This document shows positions 1 through 11,330 of a DNA stretch of 64,000 nucleotides, piece after piece (within the stretch, counting starts at the first letter, position 1; every line of letters starts with the position of its first letter). The stretch is from Vicugna vicugna (taxonomy: Eukaryota). The notes beneath the pieces were generated by a model. It searched no databases, had not been told where the DNA came from, and worked only from the letters and a program-made list of their open reading frames with translations. Both the position numbers and the translations under genes were made by a program. The stretch is taken from assembly GCA_013265495.1 (NCBI GenBank), contig MU058463.1, forward strand, positions 3,123,523 to 3,187,522. The letters run 5' to 3'.

Positions 1-94
1 GTAGGAGGAAGACATGGGGTAATATACAGAGAACACTTAGTGGCTACTACACAATGAGCACTAGGAAGTATTCCGCTTGATGTTATTTAAATAA

Positions 95-240
95 CTCATT
101 GTTTAATGTCTATTTCTCTCTCTGGAATGCAGGCTCCATGAAGGCAGGCCCAACCACTTCTAGTTTTTTCTTTTCTCTGTTCCTATTGCTATATACGTGT
201 TAGAAATACAATAAATGAGTATTGAATAAATGAATGAATA
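95..240 (+). mobile_element. L2 LINE 3' end (degraded)
   Basis: 'ggaatgcaggctccatgaaggcagg...caataaatgagtattgaataaatgaatgaa' resembles the L2 3' terminus with its (TGAA)n tail. Confidence 0.7.
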
Positions 241-1734
241 TGAAAATAAAATGATTATAGACATGTTTGCATAGTCTTTCTCAAGACACTGTCTTGTACA
301 CGTTCTCTCATCATTCAGAGTTGTGTGTGACTTTTAATGCCTGGATAACTGCAAGTGAATAATTGTCTGATAAACTTTTTTCCAAGTTTTAACAGAGCTT
401 CCAAAATACAACAAAGTGATTGTTTTATATATTATTTTTTCCCTTGAAGAGCCACAATTTAAAATGAAATAAATGATTAAAGGTTTAATTGTAGAATTGG
501 GCAGCCTATGTAATTAAAAAACTAGATAATTGGATCTTGAGTAAGGAGGAATTGATGGTACCTTGTTAGTGTGTAAGAAACATTAAATAATTATAACATC
601 AGTATAACGTTTAGTATTTCTTTTATTTCATAAAACTAATAAGCCATTGAACATCTACCTGAGGGCTACTGTCCCTTAACTTTTAATTTAAATTGATTTT
701 ATGTTTAATTTATGAATGTTCAAAAATATTATGAAATGTAAAGGAGAAATGCAACCTCATAAATCAATGTGTTTTGGATTGCCAGTTTAATTTCTGTATT
801 GATTTAGTGCCCAGCCTGGTGGTATCTACAGGAAGGCATAAAACATAGAGTCATCACTGGATAAAGGGTCAGAGAGATAATACGAGTCATAGCCAAAGAA
901 CTTCCTCTGATTAATCTCTATGGTAGGAGAAATAAGCATATTGATAAACTAGAGTTTAGATTTTTGTTTATACCTCATTTTTATAACTGCTTATGTTAAT
1001 GGACTCTTTTGCCTTCATTATGGTAGATAGCCTATGAGAGTGAGTCATATATTTAGTCTCCTGACTTAGAAAAAATGCAACACCCAAGAATTTCAAACAT
1101 TTTTATGTAATGCAAAATGTGCTTTCTAATTATAAAGTAGAAACTGACTTTAGCGGCCACTAGGTTCAGGAATTGTCATTAATAATATATGTTTTAAATG
1201 TATATTTTAAAGTATTAAAAATAGTTGTTTTTATTGGTAGCATAAGTTTGTGTCTGATTTATATAATCTTACTGCATTTGATGTATCCTTGAAGTCAGAT
1301 TCAAAATTATTTTGGGGAAAAAATTCCTTTTTGAAAAGGGTAGCACAAACCACGAACACTCTAATCAATAGCGTAACTTTGGAGTCAAAATGATTGACAA
1401 AATGAGTCAAAATATCTCTCTTGGCTCTACTAGTTAAGAGCTGGATGATCTTGGTCAAGCCATGAAGTGAAATCATAGACATAAAGCACTTCTCATCCTG
1501 CCAGGCATATAGTAAGTATTCAAAAGATGTTGGTTCTACCCAGGGTAGTGAGAGCAGCAAGAGCAAGAACAATCATGATGATAACAATAATACATCGTGA
1601 CATAAGATGATTTCAAACTTCTATAAATAATAGCATTATAATTACTTTTTATCTTTTACTTTTATTCCTTTAAATTTTGAATGCTTATTATGTATCATAC
1701 ACGTCTTTAAGCCTTTTCCGTGAAATGTTTATTT

Positions 1735-1908
1735 ACTTGTCATAAAAACCAAAGAGGAGGAAAAGTAAGTTGTGAGGGGATGGATGCGTTAATTAAACTG
1801 ATGGGAGGAACCCCTTTCCCAGTGTATATGTATATCAATCATCACATTTTATTTGTCTTTAGATATCTTACAATTTTATTTGTCAGCCTCAATAAAGTTG
1901 AAAAAAAA
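1735..1908 (+). mobile_element. Old L1 (L1MA/MB-like) 3' UTR end
   Basis: 'tgtgaggggatggatgcgttaatt...tgtatatgtatatcaatcatcac...caattttatttgtc...ctcaataaagttgaaaaaaaa' matches the L1 3' end, with AATAAA at 1891 and a short A tail. Confidence 0.75.
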
Positions 1909-2309
1909 GAATTCTTGCACTTTTCCAAGTAAAGCATCAATACTCCTTAGGATCAGCTAGAAGACCCTCACTGTTTTGGGTCCTATCTATTTTTCTAATT
2001 TCATCTCCTATCACTCACTCTCTGCCCCTCTGTATGCCACACCCTCTTTTAGTTTATAGAATGGACCATTGTCTAGTATTCAAAGTATAGAGAATCACAC
2101 TCTTCTGCATGCCTATCATATTTTTCCACTTTACCCTTAAATCAGCAAAGATTTATCAACTGTATATCTGATACCAGGTGAGGTTCCCAGAATGTGGTTT
2201 TGAGCCTGAATGATTCATTCACTCACTTGACATCCACCTATCCATCCAACCATCCCTCCATTCTGTCAGTTACTTAATATCCATTGATTAGTGTTGACTC
2301 TGAGTTGGC

Positions 2310-2440
2310 ATATTAGTTTTCTATTGCGGCATCACAAATTGCACAAACTTCTCAGCTTAAAAATATCCATTTGTTAGCTCCTAGTTCTGTAGGTCAGCAG
2401 CCCGGGCATGGCCTGACTGGATTCTCTGCTCAGGCTCAAG
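2310..2440 (-). mobile_element. MLT1 (ERVL-MaLR) LTR fragment
   Basis: 'tattagttttctattgc...cacaaactt...gcttaaaa...agttctgtaggtcag...gggcatggc...ttctctgctcagg' resembles the reverse complement of an MLT1 3' end. Confidence 0.7.
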
Positions 2441-3559
2441 TTCTATACTGCTGAGTTTATGAACTCTGTAAAGGTTCCTTGATTGACTTAATGAAAAGCT
2501 AGGAGTCGGATTGATGTCAAACACTGAGTATTAATCATATGGAATGGGTTTATCATTGTTCTGGGAATTTGATATTTATGCTAAAAATAGATGAAATAGA
2601 TACCCAGAATGTAATAATGGATCCTCGTTAGGGTGTAATAGTTTCTAGTTGATGACATAAACATGTAAACAGAGAGGGAGAGAGCTATCATTATTGATTG
2701 CTTTCTTATCATTAGCTTTATACATAGAAATTTAGTGAAAGTGTATCTTTATGATCAAATCAGGAGCAGACGGTGTACTTGGAGGTTTTAATTTAATTCA
2801 CTCACATAAGAGGCAGCTGTGGGATGTCCAGTGCAACCTGCCCATACCACACATGGAGCCCAATTATTGAGACACAGGGAGTTAGAACCATTGAATCTTA
2901 CGGTCAAGTTCATTAAACCACACATAGGAAGATATGGCTGACTTTGCAAAGGACAGTAAAGACGAAAAGAGGTAGACTAATTCTAAGACCTAACGCCATG
3001 CATGTACACACATATCTACAGTCTTATTCATAGCAGCGTCTTTGAAAATTGAGGACAATATAGAAATATAACTAAACTTGATGCTTCTGAAAATCTCCTT
3101 TGGATCTTCATGTTTTCAATTTTATTTTTTTGCTTACCTATCAAAGAATGTACTTCTTTCTTTATTGGCTAGTATCTGCTGTTTAAATTTCAATAGCTAT
3201 TTGTCAAAGTGCCACCATGTACACACCTGAGGATTTCTGGGATCTCCCCTTTCCTTCACTCCTACATATCATTAGAAATCGGGAATTCTACTTGAATCTC
3301 TTGAAGATTGTTTATGTCTGTCTCTGGGTGGTCTTTTGGTATAATTTCAAGGTCAGTTCTATGTCACAATATTCCTCACACTTGGCTTACCTGCTACACC
3401 TAGTAAACACCCAATATACACTTGCTGAAGGGATGGATCACCTCTTCTTCTTATTCTTTTTGTCACTGCCTTCATTCTTATCATAGCTTATTTAGATCAG
3501 TGCAATGATCTAAATACTTTCTTTGTCCCTAGCCTTGTCTTAGCTAGTTCATCTTTCTT

Positions 3560-4245
3560 ATTGAAGCTAGCATGGTCTTCTTAAAATACTAATTTGATCC
3601 TATCATCCTTAAGAGGATCACTTAAGAATCTTATTCAGGATTAAAATCCTTCAACAGATTCCTATAACCTATGGAAGAAAATCCAAAGTTTATAGGACAG
3701 CATTTAAGTTTCACCATGATTGTGTCCTGGCCATTTTTCATTGCTTATCACTTCTTTTTTCCCTTTCTTCCTTGCTGTTCTCCTCCACCTCATCCAGAAT
3801 CCTGGGTTTTAGCCAAACAGAAGGAATCAAAGGTCCAGGGCTTCCCATGGTTTCCATGTTCTGCATCCTTTTATTTTTGCTACTTCATCTTCCTGGACCT
3901 CATGCCTCTTACTGGTCAAAGACTATTTGTCCACTTCCCAAAAACTTAAAACTTGTTTCTTTTTTGAAGAAAAATCTGATTCTCAATCTCTGGGAAAATA
4001 GGTCCTGTACATCTTGTTTGTTGTTTTGTCAGAGCACTTATAATATTAATTTCTAAACTGTTTTTATTAATGTTTTACTACTTACATTGATTTTTGCTTA
4101 TATTAATTTTTCACTTGTTTACATTCTGCTTCCCCTTACTGCACTCTAAATTCAGAATCCTAGTCTAACTCATTTCTGTATTTGTAATGCCTAATATAGA
4201 ACTCAGATACATAGGAGACATTCAATAAATACGTGTTAAATAATT
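3560..4245 (+). mobile_element. L2 LINE 3' portion (degraded)
   Basis: 'taaaatccttcaacagattcctataacc...aaaatccaaa' and the terminal 'tgcctaatatagaactcagatacataggagacattcaataaatacgtgttaaat'. Confidence 0.65.
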
Positions 4246-4694
4246 GAAAAGTTTATTGTTAGTTTTTGCTAGGCTGTGGCTATTCTGTTGAGCTAAAATG
4301 TAAGTTTGCAAGTATGCCTTATACCATTTGAAAAATCCTCAGAAATAGCATTATTTTTGCACACAGTGGGTGCTTAATATTATTCTTCACTGATGATAAT
4401 GTTGAAATTGTTTTTCTATAAACTCCTGAAAATGGAACAGGCTCATTTTCCAGGGTTCAATTCAGGTTGAGGATCAACAATCATATTAGAATAGCTGCCT
4501 ACTTAATGTATATTGAGTAATTAAATAACATGGAATCACCTTAGATAAGAATGAATGAGGTATTGTCTGTGAGTCGGAATTTCTGTGGCCACTTGCTGGC
4601 TTTCTCCAGCACCACTGATGAAAGTTCACCGAAAAAAGATTCTGTCAACACTCAAACGTAGAAACACCTGGCTGAAAAATAAACACCTAGATAT

Positions 4695-5113
4695 TCTGGT
4701 ACATCAAATATGGCCATAAATTCCTTGCAGTTTTCTCCCCTAAAGGGAGATAGAATCTAACTTCCCAACGCTTACATTGTAATTGTGACACACTTCAACC
4801 AATAGAATGAAGTGGACATGGCATTGTGTGAGTTCAGGAACCAAGGCTTCTGTATCGCCCATGTTGCCCAGGGACCACCACGTGGGGGATCCAAGGAGGA
4901 AAGGCCACCTGGAGAGGGAGGCCCAGCCACCCAGCGCTTTCAGCTGAGATCAGCCCCAGCTGACTTATCAGCTGCTGGTAACCATGTACATAAGCCCAGG
5001 TGACACCCCCAGAGGAACCACCCAGTCAAGCCAGAGAGTAGTAAAAAATAATAAAGCATAGTTGTTTTAAGCCACTAAGTGTAAGCGTCTGTTACACTGG
5101 TAACTGATAACTG
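4695..5113 (+). mobile_element. MLT1 solo LTR
   Basis: MLT1 hallmarks: 'ccaatagaatg...gtgtgagttc', 'cagccccagctgac...gaggaaccacccagtcaagcc', and the 3' end 'aataaagcatagttgttttaagccactaagt...gttacac...taactga'. Confidence 0.8.
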
Positions 5114-6094
5114 GTAGAGGCATGAAAACAAATGGTAGCTTCTAGAGTCCTTTTCCTAACAACCAAAGTGAGGGTATAAACAAGTAGAATTTTTTTTTTA
5201 GTGGCCCCAGAGATCCTGAATAAAGTTAATCTGTGATGCTATGAAAGCATTTACAGCTCATTATGACAAGTGACAGAAACAGAAAAGGCTCGAGCAAGCA
5301 TATGCTCACACACATTGATATTGTAAATCTTTAATTTCTGGCAAACAAGGAAAAAATATAAGACTAATCAAACTAATGTGAGAATCATCTTAATTATTAT
5401 AATGTTTCAAAATTCAAAACAGTGACAATTTGGTCAAAAATGTTTAAAATCCAGCAAAGAGAGCCCAGAACTTTGGGGGAAAATGCTGTGAAACAAAAAA
5501 ATCCATTAATATTCAATAACCTCCCCTCAGCTTTTCCAAGTGTGAAAGAGTCAGTAATGGGGTCAGTTCTTTCCTTGAACCAGAATTCTGGTTCATTCAA
5601 AAGCCAAGGAAAAATTTCAACAAACCTAAGAAAACTTAATGTGAACAAAATCTTAACTAACTAGGATTAACTAGAAAATCTTTCAGAAAACTTTGTTTGC
5701 CACATTTTCCTTATCCCATTATATAACTCATGCATAAATGAGGTCTAAAAATTCTTCTAGGTTCTGTATTAAGAATTTTGTTTCTCTAGTTACTTGTAAA
5801 TCGATCATAAAATACTTTTAAAACACATAACAAATTTTGCAGGTGGATTTGAATCGATAAATTTGAACTTGACATATGTCGATGGCCCAAGAACTTACAA
5901 AGCACTGGAATACTTCCGATTTCACGTGCCATTGGGGACTCAATTATCTCCTCATATATGTTTAAAAAAAGTAGAGCTCACAGAGTTAGTGGTTTGTCCA
6001 AGTTTAAAGGTGATTTCAGCAGGTTAAAAACAGGATTAGGATACGTATTTTCATCTTGATCCCAGAGAAATGTATTCCATAATAACAACACATT

Positions 6095-6350
6095 AATTGT
6101 TAATATTTAGAGCTCTTATGCTCCAGGTACTGGCACAGTGCTTCATACGTGTTTAGTTCTCATACAACAATTTTATGGGCTGAACACCATATATACCCCC
6201 ATTTTACAAATAAGAAAATTGATACAGAGATAGGTAAATTAACTTGTTCATGGTTGCACTGCTAGTAATATGCACAGCATAGCTAGTAAGAGCTGGGATT
6301 TGACACTTGCAGTCCATCTTAGAGGATGTGCTCTTAACCATTGTGCTATA
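6095..6350 (-). mobile_element. MIR SINE
   Basis: Reverse MIR core: 'cccattttacaaataagaaaattga...aggtaaattaacttgttcatggttgcac...gagctgggatttga...gctcttaaccat'. Confidence 0.8.
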
Positions 6351-6965
6351 TAATTTTTCTCCATGAAAATGAGTGATAATTTTTTAAAAAAAACTATAAC
6401 GATAATAATTTTAGAATTTTCCTGGGCTCACAAATCTACTTTAAGTATTTTAGTACTTTCAACAGTCCCCCGTTAGTTGAACAGGGATTGACCCTGCACA
6501 GCTGTATCCAAAGGTGCAAAAGGGGGGCTGGAGCAGATCCTTTTTCCAGTGCATTATGAAAAAGGGGCTGTTGATATCATGATACCATTATGTTCACGGG
6601 AATCTCAGCTCAAATTTCAAAGGTCCCAAAAGGCAAAATAAAATAGCTAAAGATGTATTTATTGATTGCTAAGGGACAATTACCAAGACACTAATACCAC
6701 TGTTTTCCACCTTTGTAACTGCATTGGTTTTGTCTCTTTCAAATGTTACCTCAAGAACAAGATGAGAAATAGACGATTGTACTGTGCTCATGTGCCTATT
6801 TTGGCGCTCAGCAGACAGCGTATGTATCTGTTACTGACTTTATTATTTGAGTTTCATAATTTTAAAAAAGATAATTCAAATGGAGTGAAATATTTTTACA
6901 CGCGTTTGCTTTATAATTACCCTAGATCAATTGATGGGTGAAATAATGCATGAAGCTTCGTTTAT

Positions 6966-7130
6966 CACAGTTTCTTAGAATTCTGAGGGTTAAGGGCCCT
7001 TTTGAGAATCTGTTGAAAACCAGGAATCCTCTCACCCACCAAAATGCACATAAACAAAACATTTTTCAGTTTCTTTCAAGGGGCCAATGAACCCTTTAAA
7101 ATCTACTTAAAAATTTCCAGATTAAATATC
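6966..7130. mobile_element. Short hAT-Charlie non-autonomous DNA transposon (Charlie4z-like)
   Basis: 'ccttttgagaatctgttgaaaaccaggaatcctctc...aaaatgcacataaac...tcaaggggccaatgaaccc'; an opposite-orientation relative lies at about 54103-54270. Confidence 0.55.
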
Positions 7131-7239
7131 TTCCTTGAGCTTCTGTATTTCTTAATTTGTCAAATAGAGCTAATAAGAGATCTAAATAATTAATCTACTA
7201 TAGATTTGTGTCAACAGGAACAACATCACATGAGCAACA

Positions 7240-7425
7240 CTAATAATACCTACCAATTACTGATTACTTAATACATGTCATACCTGGTGATCACACAAGA
7301 TACATTCTAGTATTATCATTTGACAAATCAGAACACGGATGTGGAAGGGTTAACTTGCTCCAAGTAAGTCCTAAAGCAAGGGTTTGAAACTGGGGCATCT
7401 GATTCCACGGATTATGGTCTTTACT
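7240..7425 (-). mobile_element. MIR SINE (degraded)
   Basis: 'catttgacaaatcagaacac...ggttaacttgctccaag...gggtttgaaactggggcatctgattcca'. Confidence 0.6.
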
Positions 7426-8267
7426 AAGGCAATTAGCACACTGTAAGTGCTCAAGAAACATTAGCTGCAGTTTCTATTGGTATTATTATTTGGAGATCAA
7501 AATGACACTTGTAGAAAAATGCACAACACGCAAGAAAAAAAACTTTTTTCTTGAATAAGGGAAAATGGATTTTTTTCCTTTGATTTAATAATTGTCTCCT
7601 TCTGTTTGAGGTTCTAATAGTTAGATAATGGATCTCGTCAACCATTATGTGTCTTCACCTTCAGCTGGGGACACATAACTTTTATTGTGGTCCATTATCT
7701 GGCCATTAGAGGCCACGAGTGTGTCCCCTGACCCTCTGCCTCACATTATGCTGAAGAAAAGGAGTAGAAAATGTGGAGGCAGCAGCTTTTCTAGCATCGG
7801 GCATAAACGGAGCTACAGAGCCTCCTATATTGAGACCATTCATTTTCCTCCTGCTGTAACGTTCATCAGGCAAGTTCTGTGGATAAATTTACTATGTCTC
7901 CTGGTCCAACTTCCAGCCTTTCCTTCTTGCTCTCTCACCCCATGAAGTCCAATCCAGTTGTAGCCAAACTCTATTTGGAATACCCAGACATTCTTTTTAA
8001 TAAGGAAGGACATTGAACTGCTCAGCAGTTCTGATGAATGTGTTCAGCTTAGAGGATTTATAGTCTTGTCATGCAAACCACTGGCCCTCAAGCTTAAAGC
8101 AGTCATATCATTTTGTGACAGTCTCCTAATGGTCTTGTGTGGCATATTTTTGTTTCTGAAATGAAAGTGAACTGTAATTAATTCCAATTAAGAGATTTAT
8201 CATTTAGAACTTTTTAAACTTGAATGATTACAAGCAGTGCGGGGTGCTCTACCAAAAAGGTGGAAAC

Positions 8268-8706
8268 TGTTAAGGAGAACCAGAGCCTGACAGTAGTTTA
8301 AAGCAGTAAGAACAGATTTTAGTTGGCAACAGTTGCCATAGGGGAAAAGAAACCTCAGTATAGGCCAAGTTCTAATACAGCGAGAACCAGTGGGGATTTA
8401 CAGACAAGGAGCAGAGTGAGTGGGTCAGCAGATGGAAAATTAATGAAGCGATTCTTGCTAAACTCATTTAAAGGATTCTTACCAAAGGGTGATGGAATAT
8501 GGAGGGTGGAGGATGAATGATTTGATTGGATCTCAAAGATAATCAGATATCAAGGGTCAGATAGTCCCATTAACTGACTGAGCAAGATTCTTGCTGAAAC
8601 CAGGCTATGCTGGCCCAGCAAGGATGGGGGCCGAGGTTGAGGCTTAGTGGAGAAGAGGGTTCAGAGGAGCCTGACTAAAGTTTGGTCAAGACAAGAGTCT
8701 TTGTCA
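8268..8706 (-). mobile_element. ERV1 solo LTR, MER67-like
   Basis: TG...CA termini. The reverse strand begins 'tgacaaagactcttgtcttgaccaaactttagtcaggctcctctgaaccctcttctc', as recalled for MER67. Flanks aaac/gaac approximate a 4-bp TSD. Confidence 0.75.
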
Positions 8707-10199
8707 GAACCACCAACAGGTATTTGCTGACAGGATCCATGTAAATTTGTCAAGATTCTTCATAGTCTCACCTGAAGAGGCAGGAAACTTAGAGGGGCCA
8801 GGTAAACATATGAGTCAGGTGATTTTTTTTCCTTTCTCTGTAGCAAAAGATTGGGAACCATTGCAAAAGAATTGTTGGCTTCATCAGCTGCCTCCAAGTT
8901 CGTCTTTTTCTGTTGGTTATAAAACTGAATAAAACCTAAGGACATCATGCCTGTTGTCCTAACATTCATCACCCTGTTTTCTGTAAAGGACCCCCCAGCT
9001 CCTTTACCAATGTTGATTCTTACTAATTCTATTGCTTGTCTCTCAGTTTATCCACTTGTGCAAAGTTATAAGGGGATTTAGATCTCTAACTGAATTTATA
9101 TTTTCGTTTGCCCTTTTAAAAGAATTAGAATAGATGTTCCTTGTAGGCTAACACCTTGTGTTCCAATGTTCAACATAGAATGTTTTCCTAATGTTGAGTA
9201 TTTAAGATAGTTAGCTTTCTCCTCTGTTTCCCCACTCTTCTACCTACCTACTCTTCTTCTCTTCCACCCCCACCTTCCACATGCATACTCTATAACTCTT
9301 CCTGAAAAATCACAACTGTGGGTAGAAAGTAATGTGATTTTTAAAAAATATAAAAATGCCATACTTTGATAAAGAAACAACAGTAGTAAGTTGGGTTAAA
9401 GTGATTACCTTTATGACTTTGACAACTTATAGCGGACATAGTGAGATGGTAGAGCTGATGGCCTCCTGTTTCTGAATCATGGTCATAGACATTAACCATT
9501 AAAGATCACCAGAGGCCACATTCAACATGTTGCTCTATGGAGTGATTGAGAGATCACTGCCTATGTCCACTTTCCAGATCCCATAAGACCCTGTCTTTCA
9601 AACCAAGTTTACAAGATGATGGGTGAAGTACATGTAAAAATAAGACTGCTTTCTGTGCCTTGGACCCAGATAAAAATGGACACTCAGAAGATAATCTTTT
9701 GATGAAAAGGAAATTGAGAGTCTTCCAGTTGGCCTGCCAGTTCCCATAGAGTCACTAGAACTGTCTCATGAAACTCCAAAACAGAGCAGAGAGCTAGAAC
9801 TTAGCATCTGACTGAGGCTGGAAGTTCTTAGAAGGATGAAGATAAATGCCTATGTGACCTAAAAGAAAAAGGTTCCTTTACCATCTAGAGAATTATATAG
9901 CATGGGAGTGAGTGTAATAAAAAATAATAATAATAAAAAAATTAAATATTAAAAAAATTAAAATTAAAAAAATAAAATAAATGAGTAAAAGCAGAGTGAG
10001 TCTGCTATTTTGTATTCTACAAGCTCTTGATCTGCTTTCAGATACCAACAAAGCAACTTGTTTCCCAAGAAGATGTTGGATGCCACCAGATAGAATTGAA
10101 TTTATCAGCAATGAATTGTCAATAATGGGTTTTAAGCCATGCATTGTCATGTTCAGACCTCTGTTTCAAGAAATTTGATCTGATAAGATTGTGTAAATG

Positions 10200-11330
10200 A
10201 GTTGGGAGAAGGAGAGACAAGGAGGCTAAGCAGAAAGAGTTGTAATCTTGCCAGAGAGACATAATAGAGATCAGAACTAGAGTCGTGGCAGAATGGATGG
10301 AAAAGAAGTAGCAGTTGGCAGTGATAAGAGGAAGGTAGAATAGACAGTGTTGGTCTCAGGTGTGCAAACAGAAATAAACTGACATTAACCCTGAGACTGC
10401 TGATTTCGTTGACTGGAAGAAAGAAAAGTATTATTTCATGAATAGGAAACATGAAGAGAGAACAGATTACAGGAAAGATAATGACATCTGTTTTGAAAAT
10501 ATCTGAATTTGAGGTGCCAGTGGAATGTCCAGAGAGAGAGATTGAGGGAGTTAGAAACGTGTGCCAGAGACTTGAGGAAGAGGTCAGATATGGAAGCAGA
10601 GTCCTTGAGTATCTGATTGTCAAGGAAGAGAGTACAAAGAAACGGCAAAGGCCAACAACAGACGCTTGGGCAACATCTGCATTTAGGAGAAAGAAAGCAA
10701 GAGGGGCTCTGAGATATGAAGACAAGAAGGTCAGAGGGCTAGGAGGAGAGTAAAGATGCTTCACAGAAGCCAAGGAAGAATGATCTCTTAAGGATTTCTG
10801 TGGCATACTTTGGCTTACAAAATGAAAGTGAACTGTAATTAATTATTTTTGAAATTTATTTTGCAGATGTTCAGAACACTCAAGATCGCTGAACACCCAA
10901 TCCTCCAGGGAGAAACAGAAGATTAAGAACTATGAAAAAAGTTATTGGCTTTGGCCATTCATGGTGACCTTAGAGAGTCATTTAGTGGTATGGTGATGAC
11001 AGGAGCCAGACTGCAGGGGGACAATAATTGAGTAGGAAGTAGGGGCATGGACTATAGGTTTCTTTCTTTCTTTCTCAAAAAAAAAAAATCTATTGGGTGG
11101 TTTGGCAGTGACTGAAAGGAGAGAAAAGAGAATGATTACTTAAAAGGGTAACGAGGAGAAAGAGACTTTTCCCTGTTTGTTTACACCAGGATGGGGAAAC
11201 CTTGAGCGGAGTCAGGGTCACAGGATCACTGAACAGGAGTGATCCTTGGGAGAGCAAGGTTCTGGGCAAGACTGGCAGGGTCAGGAGCAAAGGCCCAGAC
11301 TTGCAGAGAAGGATATGATCTGAGACATGA
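10200..11330 (-). mobile_element. L2 LINE internal (ORF2/RT region), interrupted by a ~120-bp insert
   Basis: 'gaatttgaggtgccagtggaatgtcca...agaagccaagg...ttggctttggcc...ggtgacctt'. The minus-strand translation 'NSDIFKTDVIIFP' resembles the L2 RT motif 'KLNMSKTELLIFP'. Confidence 0.7.

Noticed and set aside
4585..4600. CTCF-like motif (reverse GCCAGCAAGTGGCCAC)
   Set aside because: Two mismatches to the core consensus; matches of this quality are expected by chance in 64 kb.
10153..10806. Longest ORF (217 aa, minus strand)
   Set aside because: It lies in a degraded L2. The Leu/Ser/Phe-rich composition reflects the pyrimidine-rich strand, and only a trace of the L2 RT motif remains.
10867..10926. 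'ttgcag|ATG' followed by a short ORF MFRTLKIAEHPILQGETED*
   Set aside because: Only 19 codons, inside the insert in an L2, with no donor or other support.
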